From the IMG/VR virus record IMGVR_UViG_3300005076_000003, positions 17,911 to 81,910 of that record: a DNA stretch of 64,000 bases; one strand, written 5' to 3'. The stretch comes from a virus (Duplodnaviria > Caudoviricetes). Of this stretch, positions 10,073-19,850 are shown piece after piece (the first letter of the stretch is position 1; every line of letters starts with the position of its first letter). A program made the translations under genes and the position numbers. The notes below the pieces were generated by a model. The model was not told where the DNA came from, made no database searches, and saw only the letters and a list, made by a program, of their open reading frames with translations.

Positions 10073-10174
10073 CTAACTAGTTCCTCCTAATTCTTTCTCA
10101 TAACAAATACCTTGTTCATCTTCAATAGCAGACATTGTTGGTGTACCTGTTTTCTTAACTGTTACATTACTCAT
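10073..10174 (-). CDS. 33-aa mini-ORF, possible deletion remnant
   Basis: MSNVTVKK...ICYEKELGGTS. Shares a 23-nt repeat with the gene at 10610-11022. Confidence 0.35.
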   Translation of the reverse strand: MSNVTVKKTGTPTMSAIEDEQGICYEKELGGTS

Positions 10175-10188
10175 TTAATTAATAATCC

Positions 10189-10623
10189 TTATCTTAATTT
10201 CCAAAATACAGCAATATCAACCCTACCATCCCAAAACAAGGCATGTTCTTTACTCTGATCAAACATTACCAAATCCCCCTCTCTAAGAGATATAAACTTA
10301 CCACCTTGATATAACATAGGTACATCCATAGAATCCCTGTACTCCCTCCCCTTCCCAACAGATAGGACAAGTAGAAATACTTTACTACAATATTCATAGA
10401 TATTGTCCACATGAGGAGGGATGCTGCCAACAATCCTACTAATCATTGTGTGATGCTTGTGTTTCATATTATAAACACCAAGCTCTTTTAAGAAATTCAT
10501 ATCACCGCAATAGTTTTGTGATGAATCATTCACATCACTTATTACAGAAGTGTTCAAATGCTTTCTCAGCTCAGTGAATACGTGTTTATAATTGTTGTGA
10601 CAATTACTCTTAACAATTTGCAT
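10189..10623 (-). CDS. Putative 2OG-Fe(II) dioxygenase (double-stranded beta-helix fold)
   Basis: PPHVD (HxD), beta-strand run, distal EHAL His and following Arg (GRVDIAVFW). Confidence 0.6.
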   Translation of the reverse strand: MQIVKSNCHNNYKHVFTELRKHLNTSVISDVNDSSQNYCGDMNFLKELGVYNMKHKHHTMISRIVGSIPPHVDNIYEYCSKVFLLVLSVGKGREYRDSMDVPMLYQGGKFISLREGDLVMFDQSKEHALFWDGRVDIAVFWKLR

Positions 10624-11022
10624 GATAATCTCCTAATGGCAAAATCTGCTGCTTAATTTGTTGTGCATAATAATCTCCTAGTTCTTTCTCATAACAATTA
10701 ACTAAGTGCTTAACTAAATCTAATCTTAATTCTAGTTGTTCACCAATCCAAAAGTTATCTGTTTCATTATAAACACCTTGACCTAACACAGGGTAATCCT
10801 TATCACCATAATAAGACTTCCAAGATTTAAAATGCCGTTTATCTACATCATGTCTATACGATAAGTTGTTCCTATATTACCACAAATACTACGGTTTTTA
10901 TCTAATGAGTAACAACCATCATCTGTAGTAAAGAACACAACCATATTGTCTTTTAGTGCAAGCTCTTGTTCTACGCTTAAAATACCTTTCAAATACTCTA
11001 AGATTTCTTGATCTTTATTCAT
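10610..11022 (-). pseudogene. Frameshifted conserved phage hypothetical gene
   Basis: Frame 1 (MNKDQEIL...SICGNIG) stops at 10843. A second frame with no start codon continues FKSWKSYYGDKDYPV...NFWIGEQLELRLDLVKHL to 10610. Confidence 0.55.
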
Positions 11023-11315
11023 ATTAAATACTCCTTGTACAGCACTATTGCTGTTTGTGTATTTATCTTAGTTGTTTGATTATGTTGTGTCAACAATTAT
11101 TTAACTTGTTTCAACACCCTTATTAAAACATTTTAGTATATTTCCTTAGACAAATAAAAAGAGGACACTATAAAGCATCCTCTTATGTTGTGTTATGGTA
11201 TTGTGTTACTGTTTGTGTTATGGTGGTTTATTAAAGAACTTACTTAGCACCAAGATAAACCAATTCATTAAGTATTCAAATAATACTACCATATTTACCT
11301 CCTCTTGTTAAAATC

Positions 11316-11513
11316 CTATCTACCCCATACTTGATCAATCTTATCTAATGTGTTTAATATATCAGATTTGATTTCATCAACTTGTGTTTTATGTTCATCT
11401 AAATCTACTACAAACACTTCAGCTTTTAAATTCAAGTTGTGTAGTGCTTTTGTTAAAGTATCTAACTTCTCATGTAGTTTTAATAACTCATGTGTTTCGT
11501 TTGGTGTTAGCAT
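11316..11513 (-). CDS. Hypothetical coiled-coil protein
   Basis: GGAGG RBS, heptad pattern. Confidence 0.6.
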   Translation of the reverse strand: MLTPNETHELLKLHEKLDTLTKALHNLNLKAEVFVVDLDEHKTQVDEIKSDILNTLDKIDQVWGR

Positions 11514-11522
11514 GTTACCTCC

Positions 11523-12221
11523 TTAACAATAATCTGATAGTTTAACAATACTCAATTTATAGCCATTGTCGAACTTCTGAAATACGCCACCTGTATCTAA
11601 GAAAGTACAGTTACCAACTTGAGTAACTTCATTCAGAATAAACTTGAAGTACATCTCATCCATTAGTTGTGATAACCCTACATTAATATTACTGCTGAAA
11701 ATATCACTTCGTATTAACTTATCAATCTCCAACATCTTTACTGTTTTAGCAAAGAACACTGCTTCTCTTTCTGTTGTGAATCTGCCTATATTAATCCGCT
11801 TACCACAATATTTCTTAGTATAAGATTGGTGTTTATCCCGTGTTGGGTCGAAATAACTTCCGCACTCCTTACGAACACTTGTTAAAAACAGATTCAACTC
11901 CTTCGGAATATATAAACAAGTGTTTTCAGAATAAACCTCTCCACTTAGAACATCTTTGTCTAGCACGTACCCTTCAACACAGTTTTTCTCAAACCAAGCT
12001 TTGAAGTTAGATAGTGTCAACCAACTCTCACTGACCGAAACATTACCTAAGTAATCTCCTGTGGTGCAGTAGCATCGTTTCAACATATTCTTCCAATCTC
12101 TATAATACTTAAAGGAATGTCTTTTACCGTTCACAAGCCACTCTTTAGACCCATCAACATCGTCGATACCTACACCGTATACAAGGTTTCTTTTAAACGT
12201 ACCATCTTGATTTCGCATCAT
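11523..12221 (-). CDS. HNH-type homing endonuclease fused to the C-terminal remnant of a metallophosphatase
   Basis: W.NMLKRCY...W..LSNFK.WF...LDKD.L...YS..TC.YIP family motif. Tail [17 protein letters not shown] matches the PPP phosphatase C-terminus. Confidence 0.8.
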   Translation of the reverse strand: MMRNQDGTFKRNLVYGVGIDDVDGSKEWLVNGKRHSFKYYRDWKNMLKRCYCTTGDYLGNVSVSESWLTLSNFKAWFEKNCVEGYVLDKDVLSGEVYSENTCLYIPKELNLFLTSVRKECGSYFDPTRDKHQSYTKKYCGKRINIGRFTTEREAVFFAKTVKMLEIDKLIRSDIFSSNINVGLSQLMDEMYFKFILNEVTQVGNCTFLDTGGVFQKFDNGYKLSIVKLSDYC

Positions 12222-12370
12222 ACCAAATCACCAACGGCAATTAGTAAATCTGTGTTGTAGTTAAAACCAACCTCTTTTAGCTTGTCTTTGAGTTGTGTAT
12301 ATTCTCCATGAATATCTCCAACAACAAACACATTGACATCATCATCAACTTCTAAATATTTAACTTTCAT
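12218..12370 (-). pseudogene. N-terminal 50 aa of a NinI/PphA-like Ser/Thr protein phosphatase
   Basis: VFVVGDIHG...[10 protein letters not shown] then stop, exactly where GDLVDRG is expected. The stop overlaps the HNH ATG. Confidence 0.85.
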
Positions 12371-12951
12371 ACTACTCCTCCATCGTCTAAGAACTTTTTA
12401 ATACTTTGTAAAACACTTTCTTTATCTTTAATACCAAGATTAAACACAGGTATGTCATATTTCATAGCAATACGAATAACTGTTGCCGTACCTCCAACCA
12501 CAGCACCATCAGGAGTCCAACATATCACAGCATCAACAGGAGATTGTAAATCATACCCCAATATTTGATGACAGTTTCTACTGTGCATACCTCTAGACCA
12601 TTCATTGCATCTATCCCAAGCAGGATGTACTTCTGAAGCAATACGTTCTGTTTCAGAAATCAAATCTTTATTACGAACAATAGCTAGGTGTTTACGTGGT
12701 AGTGTCGATCTACGAATGTTGTATTGATCAGCAACATACACTTCAAACTGAGATTCTTTAGCTAAACCAAGATCAACAGCTTTACTATAAGCTTTCTGAG
12801 CAATACCATCCATACCCAACTCACACAAACCTGATGTGAAAGTAATACCCAACTGTGCTAACCTCATGCAAACATTATAACAAAGTTTAATGTCCTCAAA
12901 ATACTCTTGTTTCTGTTCTAACTGCCTAGAACCAATTAAAGCAATTCGCAT
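12367..12951 (-). CDS. SLOG-superfamily (DprA/YspA-like) nucleotide-binding protein
   Basis: [49 protein letters not shown]. Confidence 0.7.
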   Translation of the reverse strand: MRIALIGSRQLEQKQEYFEDIKLCYNVCMRLAQLGITFTSGLCELGMDGIAQKAYSKAVDLGLAKESQFEVYVADQYNIRRSTLPRKHLAIVRNKDLISETERIASEVHPAWDRCNEWSRGMHSRNCHQILGYDLQSPVDAVICWTPDGAVVGGTATVIRIAMKYDIPVFNLGIKDKESVLQSIKKFLDDGGVV

Positions 12952-13220
12952 CAATCCTCTCCTAGTACTTCCATCCACAAATACAAACCCTCTTTCATCT
13001 CCTCAATAGCTAATAAAGTCTGTACAGGGTTAAGAGCATGATATGGATGATCTAGCATCTCTAAATGAGTTATATAACATAATTGCTCTACACTTACGTA
13101 ATAACCTACGTGCAACTGCTTACCGCTACAATTATCGTATAGGTGCAAGCAGAAAGGGTAATGCTGTTCTTTGTTGTAGAACACTTGTGCTGTGTAATCT
13201 AATAGTTTAAATGTTTTCAT
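12951..13220 (-). CDS. Hypothetical protein
   Basis: RBS, TGATG coupling to the next gene. Confidence 0.6.
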   Translation of the reverse strand: MKTFKLLDYTAQVFYNKEQHYPFCLHLYDNCSGKQLHVGYYVSVEQLCYITHLEMLDHPYHALNPVQTLLAIEEMKEGLYLWMEVLGED

Positions 13221-13328
13221 ATTACTTCTCCTAGTGGTTTATGCACGTTGCATATCTATTTCGATATAGAGAGGATACTTCACTTATTATCCTCTTGTCA
13301 ACACAATAACACAATATTTAGATAAATA

Positions 13329-13360
13329 AAAAGAGAACAACCCGAAAGTCATTCTCTTTT
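13329..13360. terminator. Intrinsic terminator hairpin (bidirectional-like)
   Basis: aaaagagaa...ttctctttt inverted repeat. Confidence 0.5.
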
Positions 13361-13365
13361 GTTTG

Positions 13366-13623
13366 TTATTTACTATATTTAGTAGCAAGCACTTCTTTTA
13401 ATTCAACTAAACCACCAATGTATTCTTCCATCTCAACACCGTCATATTTAACCAATATGGTAATCATAGGCATTGTCTTGTGGTTTTTATTAATATGAAC
13501 AAACTTACTTAGATCATAGTCCTTACCAAACATTAGGTATTCGTACTCACAACCTTTAGTTTCTAATAACTGCTTCGCTGATGTACAACTTGGGCAATTT
13601 GTTTTACCATACACTTTAAACAT
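13366..13623 (-). CDS. Glutaredoxin (RNR reductant)
   Basis: VYGKTNCPSC, TMPMI, YIGG motifs; adjacent to nrdAB. Confidence 0.9.
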   Translation of the reverse strand: MFKVYGKTNCPSCTSAKQLLETKGCEYEYLMFGKDYDLSKFVHINKNHKTMPMITILVKYDGVEMEEYIGGLVELKEVLATKYSK

Positions 13624-13639
13624 TACTTACTCCTTTCAA

Positions 13640-15385
13640 TTATTCACAAACACTACAAACAGGTTCAAAACTAGTCTTAATACTAGCATCACGTAAACCT
13701 GTATGATAGTACAAACTAACAATATTAGGTTTAGCATAAGCATAGAAATAAATCTTACTAATATCTTTACCTGTAGCATTAGCAATAAACAGATTACAAC
13801 TTTGTGCTTGGCAAACAAACTTTTGTCGGTAATCAACTAAATCAATATGGTCGTACATATTAATCTCAAAAGCTGTACGGAATACTGCTTTCTCATCTGC
13901 TGTAAATTCAGGTCGATGTTGGATACTACCTTTATGTCCACTAATGTCACTTAAAAGTTTCTTAGTTTCTAAATCATCTTCATTAACATACAAACCTTTT
14001 TCTTTTAACAACTCTAAGAAAGATGGGTCAATACGGACAACCTCACCTGATGGTGTTGATTGTGTAAACACAAACGCTGGTTGAGGGTTAATACCTTCAC
14101 TAACGCCGCCTAGAATCAATGCTGTTGATTTATTTGGTGCGATAGCTGTTAAGTGTGTATTACGCACTCCTGTACCTTTACACCATTCAGGTTCACCAAA
14201 TATTGTAGCTAACCATTGTGAAGCTTGTGTCGCTTCATCTTGAACTGTAGAGTAAATCTCATGGTTTAGTAATTTACTTTCCAAACTTCCGTAAACAATC
14301 TTATTGTCTAACAGGAGTGTGTGGAATGCCATACTACCTAACCCTAATGCTCGACCTTTCTCAGTAAATCGGATAGCTTTCTCAATACCTTTCAAATCTT
14401 TAGCTTTCTGAATAAAGTCTTCACAAACACAATCTAAGAAAACTGTATTAATAAACGAAAGCATTGGTGGACGAGAGAACCATAACCGTAAGTTTTCACT
14501 TCCTAAAACACAAGTATAAGTGTGCTGTTGATCAGAGAACAATGTGATTTCGGTACACAACTGAGACGCTTTAACATCTAGGTTGTTATTAATATAGGCT
14601 TGAGGTCGTTGACGTTTAGCCTTATCAACAAAGAACTGATAACCACTACCTACACTTGTCTTACAAGTCAGCATTTGACCCCAACGATTAATAGCATCCT
14701 TATCACCACTCTCTAACCGTTCTTTGAAAGCATCAGTTAAACACCAACCGCCATTGTTACCATCTGTATCTGTTTCTAAGTAATGTACAAGCTCATTGAA
14801 ATCTCCACCATCAATAGGATAGTACCATGCGGTAGCTCCACGTCTTGTACTTCCTTGTGAAATCTTCTTACTGTCATCCACAAACATTTCAGCTACAGGT
14901 TGAGCACCAGAAGCTTCACCTCCTTTCATTGCACTACCACGAGGTCGAATATCACCAAGATAAGTTGATGTACCAAACCCCTCTTTACTAAGTAAAGCGT
15001 TTTGCAACCGACTCTCGTAAAAGTCGTAAACACTGTCACCAACATAAGTACCTGAACAAGATACTGATTGTCCTAAGTCTGTCCCCGTGTTAGATAGTAC
15101 AGGTGTCGATGGGCTTAAATACCCATCCCACAAAATTGAATAGAAAGCATCTTCCCAGCTCTTACCTTTCCAATATTCAATCTCATCCCACCATTCAGGG
15201 TAATTATCACCAACATATTGAGATAAAGTTTTCGCAATTCTTCGGTATTGATCAGCAGGGGATTTACTTCCTTCGTTTAAATACTTTGTTGCTAACAATT
15301 GATACCCTTGTGTGGTTAACCAATTAGGAGCTAAACCTTGCTTCTGCAACTCTTTACGCTCTTTACTAAAATTACGAACTCTCAT
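13640..15385 (-). CDS. nrdA: Ribonucleotide reductase class I alpha subunit (short, no ATP cone)
   Basis: SPSTPVL, SVSC, SQLCTEI, RALGLG, IAPNKST, SEGINP, SLYY motifs. Confidence 0.92.
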   Translation of the reverse strand: MRVRNFSKERKELQKQGLAPNWLTTQGYQLLATKYLNEGSKSPADQYRRIAKTLSQYVGDNYPEWWDEIEYWKGKSWEDAFYSILWDGYLSPSTPVLSNTGTDLGQSVSCSGTYVGDSVYDFYESRLQNALLSKEGFGTSTYLGDIRPRGSAMKGGEASGAQPVAEMFVDDSKKISQGSTRRGATAWYYPIDGGDFNELVHYLETDTDGNNGGWCLTDAFKERLESGDKDAINRWGQMLTCKTSVGSGYQFFVDKAKRQRPQAYINNNLDVKASQLCTEITLFSDQQHTYTCVLGSENLRLWFSRPPMLSFINTVFLDCVCEDFIQKAKDLKGIEKAIRFTEKGRALGLGSMAFHTLLLDNKIVYGSLESKLLNHEIYSTVQDEATQASQWLATIFGEPEWCKGTGVRNTHLTAIAPNKSTALILGGVSEGINPQPAFVFTQSTPSGEVVRIDPSFLELLKEKGLYVNEDDLETKKLLSDISGHKGSIQHRPEFTADEKAVFRTAFEINMYDHIDLVDYRQKFVCQAQSCNLFIANATGKDISKIYFYAYAKPNIVSLYYHTGLRDASIKTSFEPVCSVCE

Positions 15386-16410
15386 TAAACACTTTCCTCA
15401 ACTTTCTGTAACACTTCTTTATAACTTCCATCTGTAAAAATATCGAAGTCTTTTGCTGTAAATTCCTTTTTGTAGTTTCGACCACGAGTAAAGAAATTGT
15501 CATTAAACTTAAATGAGTTCATAGACGAGTAGAACCATTCGCTAATTGTGTCTGTACTTTCATCAAAGATTGGTTTGTACCCTAAACCTTGTAGAACAAG
15601 ATTACAACGATGAGAAGCAAAACCTACTAGGTCATCATACGACGCAAAAGGAATATCTCCTTCGCTTAACATAGCTTTGATAATCAATTTCTCATGTTCT
15701 AATACATTACGAGCATGATTATAAATCTTTTCCTCTAACTCTCTCAACTCGTCCTTACTACGTTTCTCTTGCTTCTTTTGTAGTTTAAAGATTTCAGCAG
15801 CCATTTCAAAGTGATGACTTTCATCAAGACAAGACATATCAATACCAGCAATTAGGTTAGGCATGAAGTTTTGTCCCTTAACACCTAACGACTTAATCAT
15901 AGCGAATGCTGTAAATAACACAGCACCTTCCATGAAAGCAAACCCGCCCATTGATGCTAGAGAATCTTTCTCTCCTACTAATTGGTGCATAAACTGTACA
16001 CGATCAATTAACAATGGGTCAGTTTCAAACAACTGATAAAATTCATCATTATGAGTGCCTAGCACTTCATTTACTCTACGGTAGAAAGGGAAGTGAATGT
16101 TCATCTCTACATCAGAGAAGCATACAGCCATACGTTGAATCTCGTGTCGCTTGTAACGCTTTAGAACAATATTAGCCCAGTAATCCACCCCAATAACACT
16201 TTCATATTTAGTGAATAGTCGTTGATTGAACGACACAGCATGTCGTTGTGCAGGAGAAAGCTTCTTCCGTAAGTCATGCTTATCTTTGTTTAAATCAATC
16301 TCTTTTTCTGTCCAAAACAAGTCTTCTTTCTGTTTAATAATCGCCTCAACAAACTGTGGGTATCGGTCAACAAAACTACTTGTTTCTGTTTGTAAATCAC
16401 TCTTTTGCAT
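15385..16410 (-). CDS. nrdB: Ribonucleotide reductase class I beta subunit
   Basis: FWT..EI, E.NIH..FY, FMEG..LF..F, DESHH, NFF di-iron motifs. Confidence 0.92.
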   Translation of the reverse strand: MQKSDLQTETSSFVDRYPQFVEAIIKQKEDLFWTEKEIDLNKDKHDLRKKLSPAQRHAVSFNQRLFTKYESVIGVDYWANIVLKRYKRHEIQRMAVCFSDVEMNIHFPFYRRVNEVLGTHNDEFYQLFETDPLLIDRVQFMHQLVGEKDSLASMGGFAFMEGAVLFTAFAMIKSLGVKGQNFMPNLIAGIDMSCLDESHHFEMAAEIFKLQKKQEKRSKDELRELEEKIYNHARNVLEHEKLIIKAMLSEGDIPFASYDDLVGFASHRCNLVLQGLGYKPIFDESTDTISEWFYSSMNSFKFNDNFFTRGRNYKKEFTAKDFDIFTDGSYKEVLQKVEESV

Positions 16411-16430
16411 TTAATCCTTTCCTCTATTTT

Positions 16431-16799
16431 CTAAACCAATTCAATACTATTAACAACATCAAATGAACGTTGATTTGTAATTCCATCCATCTCACGCATC
16501 ATACTAACATCATCTGTTAGACAACGTACTTGATGTGAAGCAAACCTTGTCTTTAACCAGCTCTCGTCAACTCGCTCAAAACAACTGATACGAGGGCTAT
16601 CATCCTGTTCACCAAACTTGTTTAAAGTGAGTAACCCCTCATCAATCTCAATTTTATCAGGTAAAGTACAACCTAGATTAAAGAATAACTTATCCAAAGC
16701 TTCTTTAACTTTAGGATTATCTGATTTGAAATGCTCAATCTCAAGAGAGGGCACAATCTTCTTTAACTCATTGAGTGTAAAAATGCAACTTACTTTCAT
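16431..16799 (-). CDS. Conserved phage hypothetical protein
   Basis: ATGA coupling, operon context. Confidence 0.6.
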   Translation of the reverse strand: MKVSCIFTLNELKKIVPSLEIEHFKSDNPKVKEALDKLFFNLGCTLPDKIEIDEGLLTLNKFGEQDDSPRISCFERVDESWLKTRFASHQVRCLTDDVSMMREMDGITNQRSFDVVNSIELV

Positions 16800-17293
16800 C
16801 CATGTTCTCCTAACAGTTTCAATACTTTCTCTTTCAACTCTGTACTTCCTTGTTCACCATAAACTTCATAAGAAGCTAGTAGAGCGTAATGAATTACTTT
16901 AGCTAAATCTTCAATACCGTTCTTACTCTTATAGCGAGAGATATACTTTACAACATTACCTTCACAAAAAGAAAGATTATTCTGCATTGTATATTCTAAA
17001 GGTTGAATACCTCGATTCTTGTAGTGACCCCCTCCTTCTTGAGCGATTAAAGGGTTGTATGTTTGTGTTTCTAACACTTCGTTTTTAACTAGGGTAAGAT
17101 CGTCAGCGTGGTATGAGTAAATATCCGTGTCAATCTCAACCTCCTCTCCTGTTACGTCAACATAAGTAATGGAAGCTTTTGTCCCTACAGGAGACAGTAT
17201 CCCCTCTCCACCGAAGTGCTGTATTGTTTTATCTAACTTTACAATCTTAACTTCATCACCAACTCTAAACTTATTTGCTTTTAAAGCATTCAT
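16796..17293 (-). CDS. DUF3310-family protein with N-terminal KOW-like domain
   Basis: GGGHYK..IQPLEY...LSFCEGNVVKYISRYKSKNGIEDLAK. Confidence 0.8.
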   Translation of the reverse strand: MNALKANKFRVGDEVKIVKLDKTIQHFGGEGILSPVGTKASITYVDVTGEEVEIDTDIYSYHADDLTLVKNEVLETQTYNPLIAQEGGGHYKNRGIQPLEYTMQNNLSFCEGNVVKYISRYKSKNGIEDLAKVIHYALLASYEVYGEQGSTELKEKVLKLLGEHG

Positions 17294-17428
17294 TCAACCT
17301 CTCCTCAAAATATTTTAACACAAAGTTGTTACTCGTAATGTCAAAATAACAGCTTAGAAGAATATTATACAACTTCTAACTACGAATAACAACTCTTTGT
17401 GCCTATTGATTTACTCTTTGCTTAATGT

Positions 17429-18394
17429 TTAGACAACACGTACTAACTTGTTATTAACACCAATTCGACTTGTTGAGCGCAGCTTAGTGTTGCAGTGATT
17501 GCACACATAAACTTGATACTTACCATTTGGTGTAAATGCAAACTTATCTTCGAGAGGTGTAATATCATCACTACAACACGTAGTACAAATAGCTCCAACA
17601 TTGTCAGACATGATTGCTAAGTTTACAGCATTGTTATCAAACCCGCGTAAACGTTTATATAACTCTCGTGTAATTTCTACATCGACACGGTTATACTTCT
17701 CCATATGAATCAGTGCTTCATCATCACCAGCACAACATTTCTTCCATAGTGAGAATCCGTCATGTGGTAACTTCTCACCAATGTCTAAGTATTCACACAA
17801 ATCGTTAAGTTTGTTGCTAGGGAAAGCAAATCGAGCTTTTGCAATCTCTAGCGTGTCAATAATCTTGTAAGGAGATGGTGATGGAAGATTGTAGTAGGCA
17901 AAGCGTGAGTTGATCTTCTTAATATCAAAACGTCTCAAGTTATGTCCAACTACCACATTACTGTTATCTAACACATGCCATAACTTAGTGATTAAAACCT
18001 CGTCATCTTCGTTTAGAGCTTCATTAGAGGTTAGGCGCAAGCTATGTACCTCGTTCTCGTTAAAAGCCCAAGAAGCCGTTAGAAAGAAGCTCTCAGAGAG
18101 GATTTGAGCTTGACTAATGTTCTCTTTAAAACGTCTCCATGTGTAACTCTTAGTTGGTGAACATTCAATGTCTAAGTAGCAAATCTTAGGTTGGTTGTTC
18201 TCAACTTTATCAACAGATGTTTCAGGAAGTTCAAGATATTGTTCAGCGATCTCGTCTTTATCTACCATACGCTTTAAATAACCTTGAATTGTGGTTCTTG
18301 GGATACCTAGAATCTTAACTGCTGATCTTTGTGAATGACCATCGTTAATAAGTTCTAGGTAGTCGATGTAATCTTGCTGGGTAATCTTACTCAA
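17429..18394 (-). CDS. DnaQ/RNase H-like 3'-5' exonuclease with N-terminal HTH and C-terminal Zn ribbon
   Basis: YLDIECSP, VVGHNLRRFD, IIDTL, YNRVDV; CTTC...CNHC. Confidence 0.8.
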   Translation of the reverse strand: MSKITQQDYIDYLELINDGHSQRSAVKILGIPRTTIQGYLKRMVDKDEIAEQYLELPETSVDKVENNQPKICYLDIECSPTKSYTWRRFKENISQAQILSESFFLTASWAFNENEVHSLRLTSNEALNEDDEVLITKLWHVLDNSNVVVGHNLRRFDIKKINSRFAYYNLPSPSPYKIIDTLEIAKARFAFPSNKLNDLCEYLDIGEKLPHDGFSLWKKCCAGDDEALIHMEKYNRVDVEITRELYKRLRGFDNNAVNLAIMSDNVGAICTTCCSDDITPLEDKFAFTPNGKYQVYVCNHCNTKLRSTSRIGVNNKLVRVV

Positions 18395-18770
18395 TTGTAA
18401 ACTCCTTTAAAACATCTGCTTTAATAATCTCTTGTAAGTTACTCTCGTACTCGTAGAAAGGTAGTTGTTTCAAACCTAGTACATCAGAAGCATTCCGAAT
18501 AAACTCTTTCTCTGTAATTAGATAACACTTGTAGTTTTTAACTTCTGATAGGTTATTAACACCAAAGAAATCTAAACAAGCTTTAATCATTTCACAACCA
18601 TAAGCTGTTCCTACACGTTTCTGCTTATCTTTATCGTATGTATCTAAGACAACATTAAATACAGATAAACCTCCACCATCAACTAACTCTACATTCACAT
18701 CTAAGATAAGAATCTTTCGGTCTTGATAGTTAGTTGTAACACTCTTTACGTTACACAATTGGTAATTCAT
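18387..18770 (-). CDS. Hypothetical protein
   Basis: Overlapping start/stop coupling. Confidence 0.6.
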   Translation of the reverse strand: MNYQLCNVKSVTTNYQDRKILILDVNVELVDGGGLSVFNVVLDTYDKDKQKRVGTAYGCEMIKACLDFFGVNNLSEVKNYKCYLITEKEFIRNASDVLGLKQLPFYEYESNLQEIIKADVLKEFTIE

Positions 18771-19269
18771 TAATCTTCTCCTTCATTATTACTTCAAGTA
18801 TTTCGTCCATACTGTGTGTTCGCTTTAGTATGAACTTTTTAAATATTAACTTACGTTGAGTTCCATTGCAACCTTTTTCTTCATTAAAATGCAATAAAAT
18901 ATTCTGTTTCTGTTTTTCATTTAGTTTGTTGAATTGAACTTGAAGTTTCTTAATGAATGCAGGGTGTAAATACTTTTGCTCGTGTTCCTTGTCAAGATAC
19001 TCAGCACAACCTCTAAGGAAGTCTGAAAGTGTACCTTCATACCACCACTTTATATAACGAATATAAGCGTTTTCTATTTTACCCAATAAAACATTAGTCT
19101 GTCGGTGTAACACTCCCCTAACAAACTGTGTATTATGGTCATGATCAAGTACAGCTTGGTTTGGTGGTATCGCAAGACCCGTAATTAAGTCAAGCCCCTC
19201 TTGTTCAATAAGTAAATCTTCTCGAACTTTCTGAACATCTTTCACTGAATATAAATGTTTTGGATTCAC
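18751..19269 (-). CDS. Recombination endonuclease VII-like
   Basis: CLITG-like LITG, VLDHDH..QFVRGVLHRQTNVLLGKIE. Confidence 0.8.
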   Translation of the reverse strand: MNPKHLYSVKDVQKVREDLLIEQEGLDLITGLAIPPNQAVLDHDHNTQFVRGVLHRQTNVLLGKIENAYIRYIKWWYEGTLSDFLRGCAEYLDKEHEQKYLHPAFIKKLQVQFNKLNEKQKQNILLHFNEEKGCNGTQRKLIFKKFILKRTHSMDEILEVIMKEKINELPIV

Positions 19270-19850
19270 TTTTTAACCTCCCACAATAACAAGGCTTCGA
19301 AAACATGGTTATCTAACATATCTTTCCACTCTAAAGCAACCTCTTTAACATAAGCTTCTTTAAAATTTTTATACGAGATAAAAGCTTCCTCTGGATTATC
19401 AAAATATCCCAAGTGTTTCTTTTTTCCTTTATACATACAATCTGCTTTGAATAACCCAGTACGTTTGTAAAAACTAACACCTGTTGGGAATTTCCCTTTC
19501 GATGTTACCTTGTTAGTGATTAAGCTATTAATGGCTTTTGGTATGAAACAACAAGTTTCCTCTGAATATAGGTGACTGTCTCCTAATAAATCTTTATCTA
19601 ACTCAAACCCATTCTGTAAAAAACCTTTTTGTGTTTTACACCAATTGTCAAAGGAAGAAAAAACCTTAAACCCTTCTGACACCCTACAATTCTTATAACA
19701 AACCCTCTCATACGTTCTGTAACACCGATCTAACATCCTCGTCCAGTAGCGGTAAGATTTGGTTTTAGACTTTCTTCTAGCAACAAGTTTTACATCTAGA
19801 ACACCCACACTTGCATTTGTTGGTAAAATTTCTTGATTATCTTCAATCAT
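19266..19850 (-). mobile_element. Free-standing HNH homing endonuclease gene
   Basis: W.RMLDRCY, ELDKDLL, YSEETCCFIP, AP2-like C-terminus. Confidence 0.8.

Noticed and set aside
11523-12370. Group I intron interrupting the phosphatase
   Set aside because: The HNH ATG abuts exon 1 with no room for intron core structure, and the catalytic middle of the phosphatase is absent.
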